Counted from the first letter of the stretch, positions 16,934 through 24,731 are shown. The stretch is 32,000 nucleotides of DNA from Candidatus Saccharimonadota bacterium (GCA_001897305.1 MKSO01000001.1:570001-602000); one strand, 5' to 3'. Program-made: numbers and translations. The notes: generated by a model from the sequence alone, not told the origin.

Positions 16934-18061
16934 TTATTCTTCGCTGGCTTCTTCAACTGCGCTCAGAAGACTATCTTCGATATTCTTCTTTGGCTTATCA
17001 GCCTTTGGCGCAGGTGTTGGTGCACCTTGTTCAATATCAAGTTCATAGCCCGTTAGACGGCTGGCGAGACGAACATTTTGTCCACCGCGACCAATCGCAA
17101 TTGACTGCTGATCTTCGGTGACAAATACCTTAGCGCGCTTGTCGGCTTCGTTAATCTCAACCTTAACGACTTCAGCTGGGCTAAGAGCGTTTTTAATAAA
17201 TTGCTCGCTATTTGCATCAAAAGTAACAATGTCGATTTTCTCTTGATCACCAATTTCGTTCATAACAGCCTGCACACGAGTACCGTGGCCACCTACGAAG
17301 GTACCGACTGGATCAACGCCAGGAACAGTACTTGCAACCGCAAGTTTAGTACGGCGGCCAGCTTCGCGGGCAATCGCCTTAATCTCTACCGCACCTGTCT
17401 CGAGTTCAGGAACTTCTTGTCGGAAAAGATACTCAACAAATGCTTCATTACCACGGCTCAAAATAAGTTGAGGGCCACGGTTTTCACGTTCAATATCTTT
17501 AATAAATACCTTGATTCGTGCGCCGACATTGTAGTATTCGCCCTGAATCTGCTCGCTTTGAGGGATGATACCATTAGCCTTACCGATCTCAACACGAACC
17601 ACACGAGGCTCTACACGCTGCACAGTACCCGTAACAACGGTACCAATTTTGTCCTCGTATTCTTCAAGGACTACTTCACGCTCAGCTTCGCGGAGGCGCT
17701 GCAAAACAACTTGCTTAGCAGTTTGAGCTGCCACGCGACCGAAGCTAGTCACTTCGTACTCGTCTTCGATAATGTCACCAAGCACTGCATCTTCTTTGAT
17801 CTTCCGAGCATCTTCGAGGCTAATTTCGTGGGCATCACTTCCTACTACCTCAACCACTTCACGGCCAACGAATACCTTAGCGGTACCGTCAACGGTGTTT
17901 AGTTCAGCACGAACTTCTTGGTCACGCTCACCGTTGTCACGACGCCATGCTGCGGCAATTGCTTGCTCAATCACAGAAAGCACAGTGTCTTCTGGGAGGT
18001 TCTTTTCATCAGCAATCGTGCGGACGGCAAGGGTAAGTTGCTTTAGGTTTAATTCATCCAT
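16934..18061 (-). CDS. nusA: Transcription termination/antitermination factor NusA
   Basis: 375 aa with the NusA N-terminal domain, an S1 domain (GTVVTGTVQRVEPRVVRVEIG) and two KH domains (including IGRGGQNVRLASRLTG). It lacks the long C-terminal AR repeats. Confidence 0.93.
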   Translation of the reverse strand: MDELNLKQLTLAVRTIADEKNLPEDTVLSVIEQAIAAAWRRDNGERDQEVRAELNTVDGTAKVFVGREVVEVVGSDAHEISLEDARKIKEDAVLGDIIEDEYEVTSFGRVAAQTAKQVVLQRLREAEREVVLEEYEDKIGTVVTGTVQRVEPRVVRVEIGKANGIIPQSEQIQGEYYNVGARIKVFIKDIERENRGPQLILSRGNEAFVEYLFRQEVPELETGAVEIKAIAREAGRRTKLAVASTVPGVDPVGTFVGGHGTRVQAVMNEIGDQEKIDIVTFDANSEQFIKNALSPAEVVKVEINEADKRAKVFVTEDQQSIAIGRGGQNVRLASRLTGYELDIEQGAPTPAPKADKPKKNIEDSLLSAVEEASEE

Positions 18062-18083
18062 ATTATTTCAATCCTTTCTGATT

Positions 18084-18107
18084 AAAAAATCCGACCTGCC
18101 GGCCGGA
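18084..18107 (-). terminator. Intrinsic terminator-like hairpin between the nuclease gene and nusA (possible attenuator in the nusA leader)
   Basis: The minus-strand RNA is UCCGGC-CGGCAG-GUCGGA followed by UUUUUU. It lies downstream of a CGCTATAAT -10-like element (18129-18121) and 23 nt upstream of the nusA ATG. Confidence 0.6.
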
Positions 18108-18133
18108 ATGTACTGTGGCTATTATAGCGTGTT

Positions 18134-18823
18134 TTATGAATTTGTACAACTTTTCAGTACATCAATCATAGCTGTCTTTTCTGCGTCAGTTACCCACAAT
18201 GAGTATTTCTGCTTTACTATCACTTGCCGTTCAATGTAGGAACAACGAAAAGCTTTATTTTTTGGTAGCCACGTTGCTGCATCGCCATCACCTTTTTGCT
18301 GATTTGCCGGCCCGTCGACTGCCAATAATTCTAATGGGTCATTAGCAAGTTGCTGACGCTGCTCTTTTGTTAGTTGCTGAGCCCCCTTTTGCCAGGCATC
18401 AGATAGCGCAACAATATGATCAATCTGAACAGCACTTGAATCGGCGCTACTAAAATGAATTGTTTCACCCGTATAAGGGTCTTGTAAAATACCTGAAGCA
18501 ATTGTGCACTCATTCGCCATGGTTATATCTGTTAAATCACGATGCAAAATAATTTGACGAGTCGTACAGCCATTGACCGACGCCCAGCCATCACCAAATT
18601 GCGCCCTACTGTAGCCTGTTTTTGGGGCGCGCCCTTTTATAGGGAGTCCTTCTAAGGTTTTAAGTGCGGCTGTAGCATCGGCAGGCAGTGGCGTATCCGA
18701 GATGGTTTGGTAGCTCGTAGGCTTAGTCGCTTGCTCTTCAATAATTTCCGGAGCGACAGCCGCACTTACACCCAAAATAATAAGTGTAAAAATAAGACTA
18801 AATACAACCCGCCGATATCGCAT
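18134..18823 (-). CDS. Membrane-anchored/secreted HNH-type nuclease (DUF1524 / GmrSD C-terminal-like domain)
   Basis: It has an N-terminal signal/anchor (MRYRRVVFSLIFTLIILGVSAAVA) and then motifs typical of the DUF1524 His-Me finger family: YSRAQFGDGW, QIDHIVALSDAWQKGA and NQQKGDGDAATWLP. I use the ATG at 18823. The ORF-track start at 18895 would overlap the divergent pepN start. Confidence 0.75.
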   Translation of the reverse strand: MRYRRVVFSLIFTLIILGVSAAVAPEIIEEQATKPTSYQTISDTPLPADATAALKTLEGLPIKGRAPKTGYSRAQFGDGWASVNGCTTRQIILHRDLTDITMANECTIASGILQDPYTGETIHFSSADSSAVQIDHIVALSDAWQKGAQQLTKEQRQQLANDPLELLAVDGPANQQKGDGDAATWLPKNKAFRCSYIERQVIVKQKYSLWVTDAEKTAMIDVLKSCTNS

Positions 18824-18829
18824 ACCATT

Positions 18830-18838
18830 ACTATGACA
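18830..18838 (-). promoter_or_regulatory. Extended -10-like element (TGTCATAGT) 6 nt upstream of the nuclease ATG
   Basis: The minus strand reads CCTGTCATAGT AATGGT ATG, with no Shine-Dalgarno sequence in between. Confidence 0.4.
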
Positions 18839-18853
18839 GGCAATTATTAACTT

Positions 18854-18862
18854 TGCTACAAT
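18854..18862 (+). promoter_or_regulatory. Extended -10 element (TGCTACAAT) 7 nt upstream of the pepN ATG
   Basis: The plus strand reads TTTGCTACAAT ATAAAGT ATG, with no Shine-Dalgarno sequence. The geometry implies a leaderless or near-leaderless mRNA. Confidence 0.5.
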
Positions 18863-18869
18863 ATAAAGT

Positions 18870-21392
18870 ATGGAATCTGTATCTCGACTTATCACATTAT
18901 TTGCACCCGAACACTACACACTCTCTATTACTCTAAATCGCACCGAGCGCACCTTTGACGGCATAGTTACTATTAATGGATCCGCCATTACCAGCGAAGG
19001 TCAAATTCGCCTTCACAGCAAAGACCTCACTATTCATTCGACACTTGTCGATGGTAAACGAGCTGACTTTCGAGCCGATACTAACGACGAGTTGGTCATT
19101 AGCCACAAAGACCTAACCATCGGTAAGCATGTCGTTGTTGTTACTTTCAGTGGCATTATTACCGATGACATGAATGGGATTTACCCCTGCTACTTCGAAG
19201 TCGATGGCGTTAAACAAGAGCTGCTAGCAACCCAATTCGAAAGCCATTATGCTCGCCGCGCTTTCCCTTGTATTGATGAGCCTGAAGCTAAGGCAACATT
19301 CGATGTCACCTTGACCACCGAGCAAGATGTTGCCGTTCTGGGAAATATGCCCGTTAAAAGCCAGGACATTCAAGGCAATCAACTGGTTACTACCTTTGAA
19401 ACCACTCCGCGTATGAGTAGCTATTTGGTTGCCTGGGTAGTGGGTGATTTACAAAAGAAAACCGCCACCACTAACAGTGGCGTAGAGGTATCTATTTGGT
19501 CGACTAAAGCCCATGCCGCGTCAAACCTCGACTTCGCCTTGGATATCGCCACACGTACCATCGATTTCTTCGATGACTATTTTGGTGTACCATACCCTCT
19601 GCCAAAATCTGACCATGTCGCTTTACCTGACTTTTCATCCGGTGCCATGGAGAACTGGGGGCTTATTACGTACCGTGAAATCGCTTTGCTAGTTGACCCA
19701 AAGACAACCACGCTTTCTGGTAAGCAATACGTGGCAACTGTTGTCGCACACGAATTAAGTCACCAATGGTTTGGCAATTTAGTTACCATGAAATGGTGGA
19801 ATGACCTTTGGTTAAACGAGAGTTTCGCCGACATGATGGAGTACGTAGCCGTCGATGCGCTTGAACCAGGCTGGGATATTTGGCTCGACTTTGCCACAGC
19901 CGATGTTATTAGCGCCCTACGACGCGATAGCCTAGACGGCGTTCAAGCTATTCAAGTTGACGTCACCCATCCGGATGAAATTAGTACTATTTTCGACCCC
20001 TCCATCGTATACGCCAAGGGTGGTAGATTGCTACGTATGCTACAGTCATACGTTGGTGACGAAGCGATGCGTAAAGGCTTAAAAGCATATTTCGAGCGAC
20101 ACGCTTACACAAACACTCAAGCAGACGACTTATGGGCTGCTTTAAGTGAAGCCTCTGGCAAGGACATCGGCAGCTTTATGCATGCTTGGATGACACAACC
20201 TGGGTACCCAGTTGTTAGTGCCAATAAAGAAAATGAAACCGTAACACTGAGCCAGCAGCAATTCTTCATTGGACCGCATGAAGATAAAGACCGTAGCTGG
20301 CCAATACCGCTCCATGGTGCTTCGCCGCTCATCCCCGAAACACTGCAAGCGAAAGAGACGACTTTTACGTACACAGACGAAACGCCACTCAGACTCAACC
20401 AAGGTAGCACCGCCCATTTCATTACTCAATACGATGATTCGTTGCGAGCTGGTACTGTTTCAAGCCTTAGCACCTTATCTTCGGTTGATAAACTAAGTTT
20501 CCTACATGAGCAACTGCTATTAGCCAAATCTGGCACTCAGTCATATGCCACTATTTTGCCCCTCCTTACTTTTTTCAAAGACGAAACCAACGAATCAGTC
20601 TGGAGCATTGTGTCCCTCGCTATTAATGAGATTAAACGCTTTGTAACCCCCGATACAGCGGAAGAGACAAAACTCAAAGCGCTTGTGAGCGAATTAATTA
20701 GCCCACAATATAGCCGTTTAGGCTGGGACCAAAAAACAGATGAAGACGAAAATGACACAAAGCTACGCAGCTTAATAATTGCGCTTGCGTTATACAGTGA
20801 ACTGCCCGAGGCTATACAGGAAGCAGCCGCTCGATACAAAGATGACTCCCTTGAAGAGCTAGACCCCGAGCTTCGTACTACCATTTTGGCAAATGCAGTT
20901 CGTCGCACTGTCAGCGATAGTGTAGTTGATTCGCTTATTAAGCTCTACCCAACTATTACAAATAGCGAACTCCGCGACGACGTCTGTTCTGCGCTGACTT
21001 CCACCCGCGATACGACAGTTATTACTCGGCTGGCGGGCTACTTAAAAGACACGAGCTTTCTTCGAGTACAAGATTTTTCACACTGGTTTGTATGGTTGCT
21101 CCGTAACTACTATGGCCGCGATTACATGTGGCAATGGACACGTGATAACTGGCAATGGATTACCGATACCTTTAAGGGCGATTCGCATTATGACATGTTC
21201 CCTCGCTACATTGCTGGTGCGTTAATTACCAGGAAGCAAATGGATGAATTTAAAACGTTCTTTGCACCACTTGAAAACGAAGTAGCCCTATCGCGGAATA
21301 TCAAGATCGGTTACACCGAGCTTGAAGGTATTGTTGAATTGCTTGAGACCGATGGCCCGCGCGTTCGCCAAGCCCTACTTGATCTCAATTAA
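18870..21392 (+). CDS. pepN: M1-family aminopeptidase N
   Basis: 840 aa with the GAMENWG exopeptidase motif, HELSHQWFGNLVTMKWWNDLWLNESFA (HExxH-x18-E zinc site) and an ERAP1-like helical C-terminal domain. Confidence 0.93.
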   Translation: MESVSRLITLFAPEHYTLSITLNRTERTFDGIVTINGSAITSEGQIRLHSKDLTIHSTLVDGKRADFRADTNDELVISHKDLTIGKHVVVVTFSGIITDDMNGIYPCYFEVDGVKQELLATQFESHYARRAFPCIDEPEAKATFDVTLTTEQDVAVLGNMPVKSQDIQGNQLVTTFETTPRMSSYLVAWVVGDLQKKTATTNSGVEVSIWSTKAHAASNLDFALDIATRTIDFFDDYFGVPYPLPKSDHVALPDFSSGAMENWGLITYREIALLVDPKTTTLSGKQYVATVVAHELSHQWFGNLVTMKWWNDLWLNESFADMMEYVAVDALEPGWDIWLDFATADVISALRRDSLDGVQAIQVDVTHPDEISTIFDPSIVYAKGGRLLRMLQSYVGDEAMRKGLKAYFERHAYTNTQADDLWAALSEASGKDIGSFMHAWMTQPGYPVVSANKENETVTLSQQQFFIGPHEDKDRSWPIPLHGASPLIPETLQAKETTFTYTDETPLRLNQGSTAHFITQYDDSLRAGTVSSLSTLSSVDKLSFLHEQLLLAKSGTQSYATILPLLTFFKDETNESVWSIVSLAINEIKRFVTPDTAEETKLKALVSELISPQYSRLGWDQKTDEDENDTKLRSLIIALALYSELPEAIQEAAARYKDDSLEELDPELRTTILANAVRRTVSDSVVDSLIKLYPTITNSELRDDVCSALTSTRDTTVITRLAGYLKDTSFLRVQDFSHWFVWLLRNYYGRDYMWQWTRDNWQWITDTFKGDSHYDMFPRYIAGALITRKQMDEFKTFFAPLENEVALSRNIKIGYTELEGIVELLETDGPRVRQALLDLN

Positions 21393-22298
21393 ATCAAGTT
21401 TACCTTTGGCGTCTAGGGCTATGGCAGCGAGTGCACTATTTTTAGTAGTTATATTAGATACACTATATAATTCTGCCGCAAAGTACATTTGCCGAAGCTT
21501 TTTAGGAGTGATCGCTGCTAGACCATCGCCAAACTGCGCCGATCGACGGTATTTTACTTCAATAAAATAGCGGGTGTCCTCCGTTTCGGCAATAATATCA
21601 ATTTCACAGTGTTTCGTTTTCCAGTTGCGGTCAACGATACGAAAACCTTTGGCAACTAGCCACTGAGTTACCTTTTCTTCCGCCAAAGAGCCTACAGACA
21701 TAGGTTTATCTGCTATTGGTTCGTCCGGCCGATCGATCAGTTTTTTAATCGGTGCAAACGACTTGCGGTGAAGCGGCGTTATTCCATGAAGCAGCAATGC
21801 GCTTTGATGCTGAGCTGTACCATACCCAACATGCTTACCAAACCCATACTCTGGATATTGGTCGTCTTGTTTAGCCATAAAAGTATCGCGCGCGACCTTG
21901 GCAATAATAGAAGCAGCCGAAACCGCCGGGACTAACGCATCAGCCTTAGCCATGGTTGCTACATAACGACCTTTATTCGTTTCCTTCAAAAAATTAATCG
22001 TACCATCGATGATAATCTCATGATACGGTACCGTTACCGCCTCGACAGCTCGAATAGTCGCTAGACGCAGTGCAGCACTCAAGCCAATTCCATCTAGCTC
22101 GTCGGCATGTACCCAACCCAGCCCATAGCCTAGAGCTTGCTCACGAATTTTGCTATCAAGTTCGGTTCGCTTTTTGGCACTTAGTTTTTTACTATCGGTC
22201 AGCTCGGGTAAAGTAAATCCGTCGGGCAATACTACCGCGCCTATTACCAAGGGTCCTGCCCAAGGGCCACGGCCCACCTCATCTATTCCAAGTATCAT
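21375..22298 (-). CDS. rnhB: Ribonuclease HII fused to a YraN/UPF0102-family endonuclease-like domain
   Basis: Residues 1-190 are RNase HII (ILGIDEVGRGPWAGPLV, IIIDG, SAASIIAKVARD, HRKSF). Residues from about 203 to 307 match the YraN pattern (GSLAEEKVTQWLVAKGFRIVDRNWKTKHCEIDIIAETEDTRYFIEVKYRRSAQFGDGLAAITPKKLRQM). It is a single uninterrupted frame. Confidence 0.85.
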   Translation of the reverse strand: MILGIDEVGRGPWAGPLVIGAVVLPDGFTLPELTDSKKLSAKKRTELDSKIREQALGYGLGWVHADELDGIGLSAALRLATIRAVEAVTVPYHEIIIDGTINFLKETNKGRYVATMAKADALVPAVSAASIIAKVARDTFMAKQDDQYPEYGFGKHVGYGTAQHQSALLLHGITPLHRKSFAPIKKLIDRPDEPIADKPMSVGSLAEEKVTQWLVAKGFRIVDRNWKTKHCEIDIIAETEDTRYFIEVKYRRSAQFGDGLAAITPKKLRQMYFAAELYSVSNITTKNSALAAIALDAKGKLDLIEIK

Positions 22299-22327
22299 AC
22301 GTCTAGTATACGAGGAGTTTCGTATTT

Positions 22328-22360
22328 AAAAAAATACCCTTCGTACATGAAGGGTATTTT
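22328..22360 (-). terminator. Rho-independent terminator of rplS (structurally bidirectional)
   Basis: AAAATACCCTTC (22331-22342) pairs with GAAGGGTATTTT (22349-22360) around the loop GTACAT. On the minus strand it is followed by a U-run of seven. Confidence 0.85.
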
Positions 22361-22381
22361 AAACAAACAACTACCGTATTC

Positions 22382-22903
22382 TTACGCGTCGTTATGTCGC
22401 GCTTCAACTTCAGCTTGCTTTGCAGCCAATTCTGCTTCTTCTGCGGCCTTTTCAGCAGCTTTTGCTTCAGCGGCAGCTTTGGCTTCTTCTTTTAGGCGCT
22501 CTGCTTCAGCTTCGGCGTGTGGGTCAGTTACATCGTTAACTGCTTCGCGGTCAAATTTAACACCCTTAAGACGAGCGCTCTTACCGCTACGGTTACGAAG
22601 GTATGATAGGTAGTTACGGCGCACCTTTGAACGACGGGTGATTTCGATTTTTTCTACCAGTGGGCTGTGGAGCAAGAAGCTCTTTTCAACACCGACACCA
22701 CTAGCGATTTTACGTACAGTAATACGAGCAGTGTGTGACTTCGCGCGATCGACACGAATAACAACGCCTTCAAATACCTGAATACGTTCTTTGTTACCTT
22801 CTTTAATTTTCTGGTGAACACGAACAGTGTCACCACTCTTGACGTCAATAACGGCAGCCTTGCGCTGTTCGTCATTTACTTTTTGGATTAATGCAAAACT
22901 CAT
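22382..22903 (-). CDS. rplS: 50S ribosomal protein L19 with an Ala/Glu/Lys-rich C-terminal extension
   Basis: The L19 core is residues 1-115 (GDTVRVHQKIKEGNKERIQVFEGVVI...RRSKVRRNYLSYLR). It is followed by a tail of about 58 aa (AEAEAERLKEEAKAAAEAKAAEKAAEEAELAAKQAEVEA). Confidence 0.93.
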   Translation of the reverse strand: MSFALIQKVNDEQRKAAVIDVKSGDTVRVHQKIKEGNKERIQVFEGVVIRVDRAKSHTARITVRKIASGVGVEKSFLLHSPLVEKIEITRRSKVRRNYLSYLRNRSGKSARLKGVKFDREAVNDVTDPHAEAEAERLKEEAKAAAEAKAAEKAAEEAELAAKQAEVEARHNDA

Positions 22904-23029
22904 TAAATTATTCCTTATGTGTACCTTGTGCGGTACTTGCTTATACCAATGGCGCTTCGCAGCTAGCCACGTAGTTGTATCCCTACGGCTCCAGCCCGAC
23001 CAACCCTGGTGGTTACTCTATACAATCAG
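22904..23029 (-). promoter_or_regulatory. Long structured 5' UTR of rplS (candidate ribosomal-protein leader)
   Basis: About 126 nt separate the predicted start site from the rplS ATG. The region contains several hairpins, including GGC-UA-GCU-GCGA-AGC-GCC (GNRA-capped). GUACC can pair either with the upstream GGUAU or with the downstream GGUAC, just 5' of the AAGGA Shine-Dalgarno sequence. Confidence 0.4.
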
Positions 23030-23035
23030 TTAGTG

Positions 23036-23044
23036 ATTATAGCA
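23036..23044 (-). promoter_or_regulatory. Extended -10 promoter (TGCTATAAT) for rplS
   Basis: Exact TGCTATAAT on the minus strand, 26 nt downstream of the pilB stop codon. Confidence 0.5.
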
Positions 23045-23070
23045 CGTTTAGACCCAAAAAGAAAGAGTTA

Positions 23071-24693
23071 CTAAATAACACGGTTAACTTCTTCGAGTGT
23101 AGTCTCACCTCTTAATGCGGCTAACACGCCATTTTCAAGTAAGGTAACCATACCATTTTCACGAGCTGTTTTGGCAATTACTTCCGCATGGACATCGTTC
23201 ACGTCACCGCGCAAAAACTTTTGGATTTCTTCGTTAACGACCAACTGCTCCATAATGACCATTCGTCCGCTATAGCCGAAAGGTGAACTTTCGGTTTTAA
23301 CTGGGCGATATAATTGAAAATTATCGAGAGCGGGCTTTTCAACGTGCGATGGTAGGTCCTTTAAGGCTTCGCGAACCCATTGTTTGGTCGCTTCGTCCGG
23401 CTCATAGGCTTCTTTACTACTATCGTCGAGTTTTCGTACCAATCGCTGGGCAATTACAAGGCGAATAGCCGTACTAAAAATAGGGTTCTGGCCAATAAGA
23501 TCGATCATGCGACTAAAGGCCGCCGCCGTGTCGGTAGCGTGAAAGGTCGAAAGCACCAAGTGACCGGTAATCGAGGCTTGAATTGCTGTTTTAGCAGTAT
23601 CGGCATCTCGAATCTCGCCAACCATCACGACATCAGGGTCAAGACGCAGTACCGAACGAAGATGGTCGGCAAAACTTTGCCCACCGGTTGTATCAACCGG
23701 CACTTGAGAAATTCCGGGCACACTAAACTCAATAGGGTCTTCAAGGGTAATAATTTTACGGTCGGTCGTATTAAGCGCATTAATCATGCTGTATAAGGTT
23801 GTTGATTTACCCGAGCCAGTTGGACCAACCATCAATACCATTCCCCGCGGGTGACTCACCACTTCGTCAATCTCTTTGCGCTCGGCTTCGCCAATCTCTA
23901 AGCGATCGAGGTTAAGCATTGACTCATCGTAGTTAAACAAGCGAATTACCGCATCTTGCCCGTACATAGTTGGGACCATTTCAATACGCATATTCAACAT
24001 GTGACGCTCGTCACCCTCGCCAATTTCTTGCTGCATATGCCCCGATTGCGGCTCGTTCGAGGCAGTTGATAGATTAGCCCTAGTTGCCAAAGAACCTATA
24101 ATGACACGGTAGCGATCTTGATCAATGGTCGCAACCGGGTGAAGCGCTCCGTCAACACGTAAACGAATGCGAATACCATCGCGCTGGTTTTCAATGTGAA
24201 TATCACTCGCGCCCAGTTTATCTGCCTGGGTGATGATGTAGTCGAATACCTCGTCACTCCCCACACTATTAAGAGTCTGGCTCACTTGATCGATGGTTTC
24301 GCTATCGCCATCGTTTGCAATACGGATGTCATCGTAGGTTACTTTTACCGGTGGATCATAGCGCTCCATCATGACTTTGAAGCCGCTTTGGCTAATAAGG
24401 TGAAAAACAGTGTTTTGCGCTTGAGCTGAATAGCGGTCGGTAATTTCTTTTAAGATAGATTGCGGGGTCTGGGTAGTAATACCAAACTGCCAAGGCTCCG
24501 AATCGTTACCAGCTACTAATGGTATCAACCGGTTTTTGTGCATTGTATCAACATCGAGCACATCTTCAAGTAGATTGAGTTCGCCTTCAATAGGGCGCAA
24601 GTCCAAATACGGCAGCCCAAGAATAGCCGCACGCCGCTGCGTACTTTGCTCGTCCGCTTCGCGAGCCTGCTGTTGAACCTTATCTTCATCCAT
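23071..24693 (-). CDS. pilB: Type IV pilus assembly ATPase PilB (GspE/PilB family)
   Basis: 540 aa with an N-terminal T2SSE_N-like domain (RRAAILGLPYLDL...), the Walker A motif GPTGSGKST, Asp and His boxes (DPDVVMVGEIRD, GHLVLSTFH) and a Walker B-like region. Confidence 0.92.
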   Translation of the reverse strand: MDEDKVQQQAREADEQSTQRRAAILGLPYLDLRPIEGELNLLEDVLDVDTMHKNRLIPLVAGNDSEPWQFGITTQTPQSILKEITDRYSAQAQNTVFHLISQSGFKVMMERYDPPVKVTYDDIRIANDGDSETIDQVSQTLNSVGSDEVFDYIITQADKLGASDIHIENQRDGIRIRLRVDGALHPVATIDQDRYRVIIGSLATRANLSTASNEPQSGHMQQEIGEGDERHMLNMRIEMVPTMYGQDAVIRLFNYDESMLNLDRLEIGEAERKEIDEVVSHPRGMVLMVGPTGSGKSTTLYSMINALNTTDRKIITLEDPIEFSVPGISQVPVDTTGGQSFADHLRSVLRLDPDVVMVGEIRDADTAKTAIQASITGHLVLSTFHATDTAAAFSRMIDLIGQNPIFSTAIRLVIAQRLVRKLDDSSKEAYEPDEATKQWVREALKDLPSHVEKPALDNFQLYRPVKTESSPFGYSGRMVIMEQLVVNEEIQKFLRGDVNDVHAEVIAKTARENGMVTLLENGVLAALRGETTLEEVNRVI

Positions 24694-24731
24694 GTGGTCT
24701 TATGGTAGCAGAAAACGTAAGCGTTTTACAG

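Noticed and set aside
17201-18239. Long plus-strand ORFs (233 aa and 155 aa) opposite nusA
   Set aside because: They are antisense shadows of a strongly supported nusA CDS, with no start context or recognisable motifs. The same reasoning applies to the other antisense ORFs in the track (for example 446-727, 3264-3701, 7047-7391, 8772-9116, 12250-12579, 15498-15830, 20537-20908, 23380-23796, 25584-25904 and 29582-29893).
18824-18895. Longer N-terminus of the nuclease ORF (start at 18895)
   Set aside because: It would overlap the divergent pepN start and its -10 box and would put 24 non-signal residues before the obvious signal/anchor. The ATG at 18823 sits 6 nt after an extended -10-like element.
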